From: Candidatus Berkelbacteria bacterium
Lineage (GTDB): Bacteria > Patescibacteriota > UBA1384 > XYA2-FULL-43-10 > CAINNR01
DNA: 51,477 bases
Direction of reading: 5' to 3'
NCBI GenBank assembly: GCA_026397205.1
Contig: JAPLVH010000014.1
Coordinates: 1 to 51,477, forward strand
Positions 1 to 9,138 of this stretch are shown here, piece after piece. A program made the position numbers and the translations under genes. The notes beneath the pieces were generated by a model that did not search any database, was not told the DNA's origin, and saw only the letters and a list, made by a program, of their open reading frames with translations. Each line of letters begins with the position of its first letter. Position 1 is the stretch's first letter.

Positions 1-453
1 ATCACTATTTTATCAATACAGGAGCTAATTTTATATACTTTTAGTCGACTTTTTGATGAAATTAATCACTACCAAACTGACATATTAAGCCATCATTTTG
101 AGAGGGAATTGGCGACAGCGCCATATAGGGACGCTAAAAGTGCGTTGGTAAACCAAAAACAGCTTCTCAAAGAGAAATTATCGGCTTTTGAGCAAAAAGC
201 GAATAATCGGTTCGAACTTACCGAAAAGTTTTTGAAATACAATATAGAATTGGCAAACGAGGGAATAAATGAAGAGAAGCTTCATTTATTCAAAAAAGTC
301 GGTTCGAACTTTATTATTGAAGCTCGAACCGTACTTTTTGAGCCACGCGGAGCGTGGCGAATCCTTGCAGAATCAGGATTTTGTGGGGGGAATACAGAAC
401 AGACGGCGCTTCGCGCCGACCATATTTTTGGTTCAAAAACGAATTTCCAATTT
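1..453 (+). pseudogene. C-terminal part or remnant of a putative large serine recombinase, reading into the antisense of tRNA-Ser
   Basis: Frame is open from base 1 and continues to a stop at 606. The coiled coil YRDAKSALVNQKQLLKEKL and KKVGSNF...PRGAWRIL resemble C-termini of tRNA-associated recombinases as I recall them. No catalytic domain lies in the window. Confidence 0.45.
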
Positions 454-543
454 TGGCGGAGAGAAAGGGATTCGAACCCTTGGAACCCTTGCGAGTTCAC
501 AGACTTTCCAGGTCTGCCAGTTAAACCACTCCTGCATCTCTCC
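454..543 (-). tRNA. tRNA-Ser(GGA) with encoded CCA
   Basis: Minus strand GGAGAGATGCAGGAGTGGTTTAACTGGCAGACCTGGAAAGTCTGTGAACTCGCAAGGGTTCCAAGGGTTCGAATCCCTTTCTCTCCGCCA: anticodon arm CAGAC-CTGGAAA-GTCTG, long variable arm, GGTTCGAATCC T-arm. Confidence 0.97.
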
Positions 544-946
544 ATGTTTGTTCAATTATTTCTTGAAGTTTTAAAAAATCATTTTTGTTGTTATATCGTA
601 ATTTAAAAGTTCCATAGCGGCTAGGATTGAATTTGCCACTTGTTTGTTTTAAATCAATTACCTTTTGAAATTGGCTGGAGGGAATCCCCGATACATTTGA
701 CCAATAGCTAATCAGCTCGTCTTTGTTATGATCGGGATAAGCAAAAAGTTGACCCCTGAGACGCGACTCATCAATCACAATAATTTCTCTGAGAAATTTT
801 GCAAACAATGCCATCGGTTGAGACTTTGAATTGGTAAATTCAATAGCGTAATTAAAACGATTTTCACCTCTTTTATCTTTACGCAGAACCGTGCCTTCAC
901 AAGCATATAATAATGCACCAGCGTAAAACAATTCTTTTTTGTTCAT
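521..946 (-). CDS. LAGLIDADG-like domain protein (LYxxEG type)
   Basis: FYAGALLYACEG helix then AIEFTNS..F.KFLRE and YGTFKLRY; last 8 codons lie inside the tRNA. Confidence 0.6.
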   Translation of the reverse strand: MNKKELFYAGALLYACEGTVLRKDKRGENRFNYAIEFTNSKSQPMALFAKFLREIIVIDESRLRGQLFAYPDHNKDELISYWSNVSGIPSSQFQKVIDLKQTSGKFNPSRYGTFKLRYNNKNDFLKLQEIIEQTWRDAGVV

Positions 947-1200
947 TCTCCACCACCAAATTTTTTGATAATTTCCAATTTCTCTTTTCTACCAGCGGAA
1001 TTTTTCAAATGCCATTCTCTTTTGCAAGCATCGGAACGGGAATCGAATTCTTCAGAATAAATTATTTTCCACGGTCCGAACGGTCGGGTTGATTTTGCCG
1101 AGCCAGAATTATGTTCTTCAACTCGTCGATTCGGATCAGTCGTAATTCCGACATAATGTCGTCCGACAGAATTTTCCAAAATATAGACGAAGTATTTCAT
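943..1200 (-). CDS. Short stand-alone GIY-YIG nuclease (UPF0213/YhbQ-like)
   Basis: YFVYIL...HYVGITTDPNRRVEEHNSG...A.KRE..LK; ATGA overlap with the downstream gene. Confidence 0.9.
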   Translation of the reverse strand: MKYFVYILENSVGRHYVGITTDPNRRVEEHNSGSAKSTRPFGPWKIIYSEEFDSRSDACKREWHLKNSAGRKEKLEIIKKFGGGE

Positions 1201-1210
1201 GGATTTACTC

Positions 1211-1275
1211 TTCGAACGAGAAACGAGTGAGAAGTTTTCAAATGAAGTAGTTCTCGTTCAGCCACTCGAACGATA
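1211..1275. repeat. TTCGAACGAG...CTCGAAC palindromic element; related copies at ~18421-18444 and ~40588-40653
   Basis: Shared ttcga(ac/ga)gag..gagaag...agttctc..tcgaac(g/a)ata arms. Confidence 0.6.
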
Positions 1276-1369
1276 TTATTTCCGCCGACATCAAAATCTT
1301 AGCAAAAAATTGCTTGAATTTCCAGAGCTGATATGAAATAATAAAATCAACCCGACGAGGAGGAAATAA

Positions 1370-1498
1370 ATGAAAAAACTCGGAGCGTTCGAATTATCGC
1401 CAGAAGCACTCGAAGCTTTTAAGAAACGAATATCAAATACGACCAGCGCAAAAATAAGACGTAGTCGAAAACCAAAACCCCGCCGGCGGCAAAGATGA
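1370..1498 (+). CDS. 42-aa basic orphan peptide (cassette; below ORF-track cutoff)
   Basis: AGGAGG SD, MKKLGAFELSPEALEAFKKRISNTTSAKIRRSRKPKPRRRQR, hairpin plus T-run at 1483-1513. Confidence 0.55.
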   Translation: MKKLGAFELSPEALEAFKKRISNTTSAKIRRSRKPKPRRRQR

Positions 1499-1520
1499 CT
1501 GCCGGTTTTTTTTGTTCATG

Positions 1521-1742
1521 CTATTTATAAAATCCTTCTCGCCCGAGACCGGATTGGCGAATAATCGCCGCAATTGTGCCAACCGGCAAATCGCCAGAGT
1601 GCATTGAGACACAAGTCAAAAATTGTTTTTCGTTTTGTTTTTTCAAAAAATATCGATGACTACCTTTTTGGTGAGTAAAGATAAAGCCGTTTTTCTCCAG
1701 CCGACGGACAACATTTTTGGCTGATTCCGGCTTTATTTTCAT
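1521..1742 (-). CDS. hicA: HicA-family toxin
   Basis: LEKNGF...QKGSH...VSMH.GDLPVGT..AI.RQSG. Confidence 0.9.
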   Translation of the reverse strand: MKIKPESAKNVVRRLEKNGFIFTHQKGSHRYFLKKQNEKQFLTCVSMHSGDLPVGTIAAIIRQSGLGREGFYK

Positions 1743-1749
1743 TTTCCCC

Positions 1750-2103
1750 CTAGACGCAAACTAGATCGCGAATATTTTTACTAAAAACTTGGCTATCTTC
1801 AATCGGCAAAGATCTTTTGGTTTGTGATATTTGGTTTAAGAGATGAAAATATTTTTCCAAATCCTGTATAACACTCCAATATTTTTTTGGCGCCGGCTTA
1901 TTCAAAAGTTTTTCCGAGAGATTTTCTTTGCAAACAATTTCCAAATATCCCTGCGCCGCCTCTTCCAAACTCTGTTTCAAAACAACCGGATCACTTCCTT
2001 CCTCAACGATATCCAAATCCAAACAAACGCCGGTATAATTTTTGTCCCGAGCCCGTTTGTAAATCACAAACCTGAATTGTCCCCTCTTTTTGCTATTTTC
2101 CAT
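1750..2103 (-). CDS. hicB: HicB-like antitoxin (no obvious DNA-binding domain)
   Basis: YTGVCLDLDIVEEG...LEEAAQGYLE; directly upstream of hicA. Confidence 0.75.
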   Translation of the reverse strand: MENSKKRGQFRFVIYKRARDKNYTGVCLDLDIVEEGSDPVVLKQSLEEAAQGYLEIVCKENLSEKLLNKPAPKKYWSVIQDLEKYFHLLNQISQTKRSLPIEDSQVFSKNIRDLVCV

Positions 2104-2143
2104 TGTAATATTATTTTAGCAGAAATTTTTTTTTATTCAATAT

Positions 2144-4477
2144 CTATCGATCAATTATATTCGCCATCATCAGCCGTTTTTCAACCGAGGCGATTATTTT
2201 TTTTGTTTGAATTGCGACATCTGGCGTCACCGAAACCGAAGTTGCGCCGTTTTTGACCATCAGTTCGCAAAATTCTGGATAAATTGACGGCGCCTGACCG
2301 CAAACTGACGATGTGACGCCGTGTTTTCGGCAGGTTTTGACGACATAAGAAACCGAAAGCTCGACCGCTTCGTCCCGTTCATCGAATGATTTGGCCAAAT
2401 TCTGATTATCGCGATCAACACCCAAAGTCAGCTGGGTCAAATCATTTGTGCCAAGTGAAATTCCGTCAATACCGATGGCGAGAAATTTTTCCAGAAGAAT
2501 GACATTTGACGGCACCTCAACCATCATCCAAAGTTTGAATTCGTTTGATCGTTTTAGTCCGGCGGCCTCGGCCAACTCTTTACATTTACGCATTTCCTCG
2601 ACTGTTCGGACAAAAGGAATCATCAGGTGGACATTTGTTAAATCCATTTTATCGCGGACGGTTTTTAAGGCCGCAAGCTCAAGATTAAAGACCTCCGGAT
2701 CGGTGATGTAGCGAAGGGCACCGCGCATGCCGATCATCGGGTTGTCCTCCTTGCCCTCATATTTTTCGCCGCCTTTAAGGCCGCGGTATTCGTTGGTTTT
2801 GAAATCGGTCGCCCGATAAATTACCGGCCGCGGCGCAAATGCACTGGCGATTTGAGCGATGCCCTCGGCCAATTTGTTGGTAAATTCTTCGCCCCGGCCA
2901 TCGGCGATCATCGCCCGCGGATGTTCACCAATTCCGGCGATCATAAACTCCGCCCGGAGTAGTCCAACACCATCAACCGGCAACTTCGCCGCTGCTTCCG
3001 CCGCTTCCGGTTCGGCCAAATTGAGATAAACTTTTGTTCCGGTGATTGGAATTTCCTCGACCGCCGCACTGCCAATTAATTTTTCTCCGACTGCTGACTG
3101 CTGACTGCTGACTGCCGCCTTTTCCACTGCTCCTTTGTAAACCAAACCCTTGACGCCATCAACAGTCACGACTTGGCCGGTTTTGAGTGTTGTTGTCGCC
3201 GTTCCGGTGCCAACAACGCAGGGAATTCCCAGTTCGCGAGAAACGATCGCCGCGTGGCAAGTTCGACCGCCGGTGTCGGTAATAATTCCCTTCGCCCGTT
3301 TCATCGCCGGGACAAAATCCGGCGTTGTCATTTCAGTAACCAAAATATCGCCGACCTGAATTTGATCGTTCTGCTCTTTATTGTGAATAATTTTCACCGG
3401 CCCTGACGCCTGCCCAATCGAAGCCGCCGCACCTTTCAAAATTGTTTCGGCTTTATTTTCTTCAATAGATGTCTCTATTCCTTCATTTTGATCTTTGATT
3501 TTTACATTTTGATTTTTCAGTGTCGTTATCGGCCTTGATTGAACCAGATACGGCTTGCCGGCGGCAACCGCAAATTCCATATCCTGCGGCGAATTATAAT
3601 GGGCCTCAATTTTCATTCCGATTTTCGCCAGTTCGATGATGACGGCATCGGTTAATTTTTGATCTTTTTGGTCAGCGGCCGGAATTGCGACATGTTTATC
3701 ACCCCCGCCGGCACTTTTGACAATCTTCCACGGCTGGGAGTTGATCTCTTTGGCCGTGATTTTGCCGGTTGTCTTGTCATATAAATAGCGATCCGGTGTC
3801 ACCGAGCCGGAAACAATCGCTTCGCCTAAACCGAAGCCGGCCTCGATGATCAAGGTATTGGTGTCGCCGGTCGTCGGATCAACAGTGAACATAATTCCCG
3901 ACCGATCGGACTCGACCATAATTTGAATCGGCACCGCCAAACCGATTTTTCTCTGGTCATATTTGTTGACGATGCGATAGTAAATCGCCCTGGCTTCATA
4001 AAGCGAAGCAAAACACTTCTGTGTTGCTTTGACAACTTCGTCGGCGCCATGAATGTTGAGGAATGTCGCCTGTTGGCCGGCAAACGAAGCATCCGGCAAG
4101 TCCTCAGCCGTGGCGGAGGAACGAACGGCGACATCAACCGGTCCAAGTTTTTTGTAATTTTCCTTTATTTCCGCCGCCAATCTCGGTGGTATTTTTGCCG
4201 ACAAGATATGTTTTTTTATCACCCGCGACAGGGCATTTAATTTTTTTGAGTCCTCCGGATCAACTCCTTTGAGCGCTTTGGCGATCGCCGGACCGATGCC
4301 GGTTTGCTTTAGAAAATAATAGTAGGCCTCGGCGGTGACGATAAAACCGTTCGGCACCGGGAAACCGGCCCGAGTCATTTCACCAAGATTCGCCCCCTTG
4401 CCACCGACCAACGCCGTGTCTGTGCGACCAACATCTTTAAACCAAAGAATATGCGCTTTATTTTTGCTAAATGCCAT
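2144..4477 (-). CDS. ppsA: Phosphoenolpyruvate synthase
   Basis: VGGKGANLGEM, AVRSSATAEDLPDASFAGQ, phospho-His GGRTCHAAIVSRE, NPMIGMRG, GTNDLTQ. Confidence 0.97.
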   Translation of the reverse strand: MAFSKNKAHILWFKDVGRTDTALVGGKGANLGEMTRAGFPVPNGFIVTAEAYYYFLKQTGIGPAIAKALKGVDPEDSKKLNALSRVIKKHILSAKIPPRLAAEIKENYKKLGPVDVAVRSSATAEDLPDASFAGQQATFLNIHGADEVVKATQKCFASLYEARAIYYRIVNKYDQRKIGLAVPIQIMVESDRSGIMFTVDPTTGDTNTLIIEAGFGLGEAIVSGSVTPDRYLYDKTTGKITAKEINSQPWKIVKSAGGGDKHVAIPAADQKDQKLTDAVIIELAKIGMKIEAHYNSPQDMEFAVAAGKPYLVQSRPITTLKNQNVKIKDQNEGIETSIEENKAETILKGAAASIGQASGPVKIIHNKEQNDQIQVGDILVTEMTTPDFVPAMKRAKGIITDTGGRTCHAAIVSRELGIPCVVGTGTATTTLKTGQVVTVDGVKGLVYKGAVEKAAVSSQQSAVGEKLIGSAAVEEIPITGTKVYLNLAEPEAAEAAAKLPVDGVGLLRAEFMIAGIGEHPRAMIADGRGEEFTNKLAEGIAQIASAFAPRPVIYRATDFKTNEYRGLKGGEKYEGKEDNPMIGMRGALRYITDPEVFNLELAALKTVRDKMDLTNVHLMIPFVRTVEEMRKCKELAEAAGLKRSNEFKLWMMVEVPSNVILLEKFLAIGIDGISLGTNDLTQLTLGVDRDNQNLAKSFDERDEAVELSVSYVVKTCRKHGVTSSVCGQAPSIYPEFCELMVKNGATSVSVTPDVAIQTKKIIASVEKRLMMANIIDR

Positions 4478-4576
4478 GCCCCTCCTGGAGAGAATTAAGA
4501 ATTCTGAATTAAGAATTAAGAGTAGTGGATTTCCCGGAATTCACAATTCACAATTCATAATTCTATTTTTATTATA

Positions 4577-5023
4577 TCACAACTTTTCCCCGACAACTTC
4601 CCGAACTTTTTCCCAATCGAAACCGCGCGACAAAAGATGGCGAGATAATTTTTCGTAGATTTTTTCTGGTGGGATTTTTGCGTTTTTGGCGATAAATCTA
4701 TCGGCGGCTTCGGCGATTTCATCGGTTTGATCGCTATTTTCAGCCAAAACTTTCTCGACGATCTCCGCCGGCACTTTTTTTGCCATCAATTTATTTTTTA
4801 GCCAATATTTTCCCGTCGGCTTGATTGATTTTTGAAACCGGACATAATTTTCGGTAAACTTTTGGTCGTCGAGAAATTTCTTTTCGATTAAAAACGCCAG
4901 CGTTTCGGCAATTTCTTTTTCGCCAAACATTTTTCGTTTGAGTTTCTCCTCCATCTCGCCGATACTTCGATCTCGACTTTTGAGTAGCCAAAATGCATAT
5001 TCGCGAACATTTAATTTCTTCAT
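4577..5023 (-). CDS. recX: Regulatory protein RecX
   Basis: LL.SRDRS.GE.EEKL, FLDD.KF, L.SRGF; downstream of recA. Confidence 0.9.
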   Translation of the reverse strand: MKKLNVREYAFWLLKSRDRSIGEMEEKLKRKMFGEKEIAETLAFLIEKKFLDDQKFTENYVRFQKSIKPTGKYWLKNKLMAKKVPAEIVEKVLAENSDQTDEIAEAADRFIAKNAKIPPEKIYEKLSRHLLSRGFDWEKVREVVGEKL

Positions 5024-5086
5024 AATTTGATTTTTAGGAAAATTGGAGTACAATTAATATATTCAATCGAACGGGAGGAATAGAAA

Positions 5087-5344
5087 ATGCCAAAGTTCAG
5101 AAAGCAAGGAATACATGGGATGAAAACCTGTAAAGCTTGTGGCAATCAGTGGACAAATAGCGGGAAAAATTGTCCAAATGGCTGTCCTGCAGAAATCAAA
5201 AAAGTCAGATTCGGCGAAGAAAATTGTTACTGTGAATTTTGCAAAAGAGATTGGAAAACCGCCGATCATCCAAGTGCAACCCATTGTATTTATGACAATT
5301 GTCCATCAAATTCAAAACAACGACTCCAACTTTCGCCGACTTAA
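5087..5344 (+). CDS. Cys-rich zinc-ribbon-like orphan (cassette)
   Basis: CKACG, CPNGC, CEFC, HC...C; TTGATT-16-TACAAT promoter, GGAGG SD, terminator ctcgcc-actc-ggcgag plus T-run. Confidence 0.7.
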   Translation: MPKFRKQGIHGMKTCKACGNQWTNSGKNCPNGCPAEIKKVRFGEENCYCEFCKRDWKTADHPSATHCIYDNCPSNSKQRLQLSPT

Positions 5345-5480
5345 CCACCCAACCTCGCCACTCGGCGAGTTTTTTTATGGGTTTTCAGGGAGGTAAAGGG
5401 ATCTTAGGGGATTCCGATCCATAATTTTCTCTCCCCATAATTTTCTACTCATAAGTTCCCCTTATCTCCCCTAAAATCCC

Positions 5481-5990
5481 TTAATTTCCCTTCCCCAAAA
5501 ATTTCTCGGCTTCCCTCCAAAATTCCTTTTCATTTCTTTCTTCATTTTGCTGGCGTCTGACAATTTTTTCGTTTGAGGAAATATTGCCGCTGCCAACTCT
5601 TTTCTGTTCGAGTGCTTCCATTTGATTGTGAAGCATTTTGCCTTCGCCTTTTAAGAGAAATATCGCCCGATCAGCAATACTCACATCACCCAAATTATTT
5701 CGCCGGCAATATTCAAAATCACCCAAAAGTTCTTCTAACGACCCTTTAGAAAATCCGAGAAACTCAATATATTCTTTCGTTGATGCCCGCGAAAATCCCT
5801 CTTCGATATTTCGAACTCCGGAGCGTGCCGACCGAAGCATGTGGTCGGCGGTGTCCATCATTTTCTGACCGGTTTCTGGATGATATTTCGGAAGCGTTTT
5901 GACAAACTTTTCCGTCAGCTCAAAAATTTCATTGGCTTGTTTCCAAGTCAACAAATTTTTATATCCTAACGGATTCCTTGGCACAAACAT
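5481..5990 (-). CDS. Four-helix bundle protein (23S rRNA intervening sequence/bAvd-like family)
   Basis: GYKNLLTWKQA...DHMLRSARSGVRNIEEG.SR.STKEYIEFLGFSKGSLEEL. Confidence 0.9.
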   Translation of the reverse strand: MFVPRNPLGYKNLLTWKQANEIFELTEKFVKTLPKYHPETGQKMMDTADHMLRSARSGVRNIEEGFSRASTKEYIEFLGFSKGSLEELLGDFEYCRRNNLGDVSIADRAIFLLKGEGKMLHNQMEALEQKRVGSGNISSNEKIVRRQQNEERNEKEFWREAEKFLGKGN

Positions 5991-6089
5991 TTATCACCCC
6001 TTACCTCCCTTAATTTCCCCTAAATTCCCTTTTCTTGATTTTATTTTGAATTCTGCTATGATGTTTGTATCACACGATCGGAGGTTGCG

Positions 6090-6395
6090 ATGATTAGACC
6101 TGAACCTGACTGGATGAAGACAGCTTCAATTGCGAAAATGATCGCAAAACTTTTACAAGAAAAAGGAATTGAAATTGGAGAAAATACAGTTTTCCTACTT
6201 CTGAATTTGGGCGAAGAAATTGGTCCAATGGACAGAGCAGGTGCTGAATTAGTTTTCAATGAGCAAAAACAAGCCGAATTCTCGAATCAATTAAGCGGAG
6301 CAATCTCAGAAGACAAGGCAATGGAAGTTTTTTCCTCTACCCCACTTTCAGTTTTCCGTCCGAAACCAGACGAAACCGGTCCGTCAGATCCTTAG
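6090..6395 (+). CDS. Orphan protein (cassette)
   Basis: TTGATT-16-(TGC)TATGAT, GGAGGT SD, terminator agcacttc-acatc-gaagtgct plus T-run. Confidence 0.75.
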   Translation: MIRPEPDWMKTASIAKMIAKLLQEKGIEIGENTVFLLLNLGEEIGPMDRAGAELVFNEQKQAEFSNQLSGAISEDKAMEVFSSTPLSVFRPKPDETGPSDP

Positions 6396-6472
6396 CACTT
6401 CACATCGAAGTGCTTTTTTTATTGACTTCAATTTTATTTGAAATTTGACATTAGTAATTTGAAATTTCCAAA

Positions 6473-7555
<1,083 letters not shown>

Positions 7556-7583
7556 AATTTTCTCCAATTAATTATTTGCTAAA

Positions 7584-8222
7584 TTATTTTGTGAATTGAA
7601 AGGTGGAAAGAATTATTTTTTCGGTATCAGTCAGAGATTTCTTTTCAGACGCGATTTGAACTGAAAAAACTGCAGATTGATATTCACACGCAATATTATA
7701 GTAGGTTCCTGCAAATCCGCCAGCCTCATATTCGTATGCCTTTTTGCCACCCAACGTAATTTCATTAAGATTCGTATTCATGTTGTCACCTCTAATAAAT
7801 TCATAAAAAGTTTTTGTTGATTTGGGCTGTGGGCTTCCTTGATTAACGTAGTCAGATACCGTTGAAAAATATTGAATCATAATAGTTGGAGAATAACCTT
7901 CTCCGTACATACCGCCAGAATCAATTTTATTTCGAACTGCTTGATTTTCAGGAGAATTAATTGACAAATTTTTTCCATCAACTTGAGTCACCCAATCAGC
8001 AGGAATTTTAACACCGAATCCCTCTGTCGAATTTGTATAAGTTTTCCAACCGAAAGTTGGTGAAGATTTGATATCGGAAATCTGTTTGTTCAAGTCATTA
8101 ATCTGGCTTTGGAGGTTGTTTTTATCATTGGTTAATTTGCGCTGCATATAATAGTAGGTGCCACCGCCAACGACTGCAATTGTCAAAACCACCGCAATCA
8201 GAATCTTCCAAAACATTTTCAT
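7584..8222 (-). CDS. Membrane-anchored exported protein with coiled coil and PsbP-like domain
   Basis: N-terminal TM, LQSQINDLNKQI, WKTYTN...K.P.DW, C-terminal ILSTFQF. Confidence 0.75.
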   Translation of the reverse strand: MKMFWKILIAVVLTIAVVGGGTYYYMQRKLTNDKNNLQSQINDLNKQISDIKSSPTFGWKTYTNSTEGFGVKIPADWVTQVDGKNLSINSPENQAVRNKIDSGGMYGEGYSPTIMIQYFSTVSDYVNQGSPQPKSTKTFYEFIRGDNMNTNLNEITLGGKKAYEYEAGGFAGTYYNIACEYQSAVFSVQIASEKKSLTDTEKIILSTFQFTK

Positions 8223-8315
8223 AATTCCTCCCTGTTAAATTAGTTTTATGCGGGTAAGTCTTAAGTCGTAAGCAAAAAACGAATTGGTTTTGCTTACGGC
8301 TTACTAGCTTACAAC

Positions 8316-9014
8316 TTACGGCTTGTTTTCCGCCGTCTTAACTTTCTTCTCGACGATCACTGTTTCCTCGGCGATTTTGTTCGCTTTATTTTCAGCCGAA
8401 ACGACGATGGTGTTGATGCCGTTTTGTAGCGAAACATCGCGCTGGAAATTCCCCGACGAATCAACCGAGACCGATTCCTGATTGATTTTTATGCTGGCAC
8501 CGGTGTCGGTTTTGCCACTGATGGTGATATTTTCCACCTCAACAACACTATCGTTCGCCGGCGAGATGATAGATAATTTCGGGACTGATGAGAAACTTAG
8601 AACTTGGAGGACAACATAAACCGCGGCGGCGGCGCAAAACAAGCAGGAAAAAAATATTGTTGCGATTTTCGGTGTGACGATAAAAGTTTTACCTGTGGCA
8701 ATTTTTTTAGTCGAAAAAGTTTCATCCGGCAAGTCCTTTCGCCCGCGTTTTTCCAGTTGATACTCCTCCCAAGTTTTTTCAGCATCAAGTCCGAGGTACT
8801 GCGAGTAAGTCGCCAAAAAACCGCGGACATAAATATCACTCGGCAAGAGTTCAAAATCCTCGCGCTCAAGCGCTTCGATGTATTTTGCCCGAACTTTGGT
8901 TGAAAGCTCGGCTTCGATCAGATCAACTTGAAGACGCTTGCGAGCTCGCCGCAATTTTTCGCCAAAAGTTTGGCTGGTTCGAATTTTGCGTAAATTAAAA
9001 CCGGCAGCAACCAT
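8316..9014 (-). CDS. RodZ-like HTH membrane protein with Ig-like C-terminal domain
   Basis: FGEKLRRAR...KYIEALE...YVRGFL..YS.YLGL, TM segment; downstream of ftsK. Confidence 0.85.
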   Translation of the reverse strand: MVAAGFNLRKIRTSQTFGEKLRRARKRLQVDLIEAELSTKVRAKYIEALEREDFELLPSDIYVRGFLATYSQYLGLDAEKTWEEYQLEKRGRKDLPDETFSTKKIATGKTFIVTPKIATIFFSCLFCAAAAVYVVLQVLSFSSVPKLSIISPANDSVVEVENITISGKTDTGASIKINQESVSVDSSGNFQRDVSLQNGINTIVVSAENKANKIAEETVIVEKKVKTAENKP

Positions 9015-9138
9015 GATTTTAGTTTAAAGCTATAAGTGAAAAGTGTAAAGTCATAGTTTAAAATTTTAAATTATTCCAAACAAATCCCAGCATGGAGTGC
9101 CGACCAAAGTTTTTCGTTTTTCGTTTTGCATTTTAAGT

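Noticed and set aside
454..543. tRNA intron or split tRNA associated with the LAGLIDADG-like gene
   Set aside because: The tRNA is contiguous and complete; the ORF overlaps its 5' end and does not interrupt it.
5481..5990. Diversity-generating retroelement suggested by the Avd-like fold
   Set aside because: No reverse transcriptase and no template/variable repeat pair differing at adenines in the window.
6392..6420. TTAGCACT...AGTGCT resembling a CIRCE operator
   Set aside because: Spacing and right arm do not fit TTAGCACTC-N9-GAGTGCTAA. It follows a stop codon, has a T-run and is far from groES, so it is a terminator.
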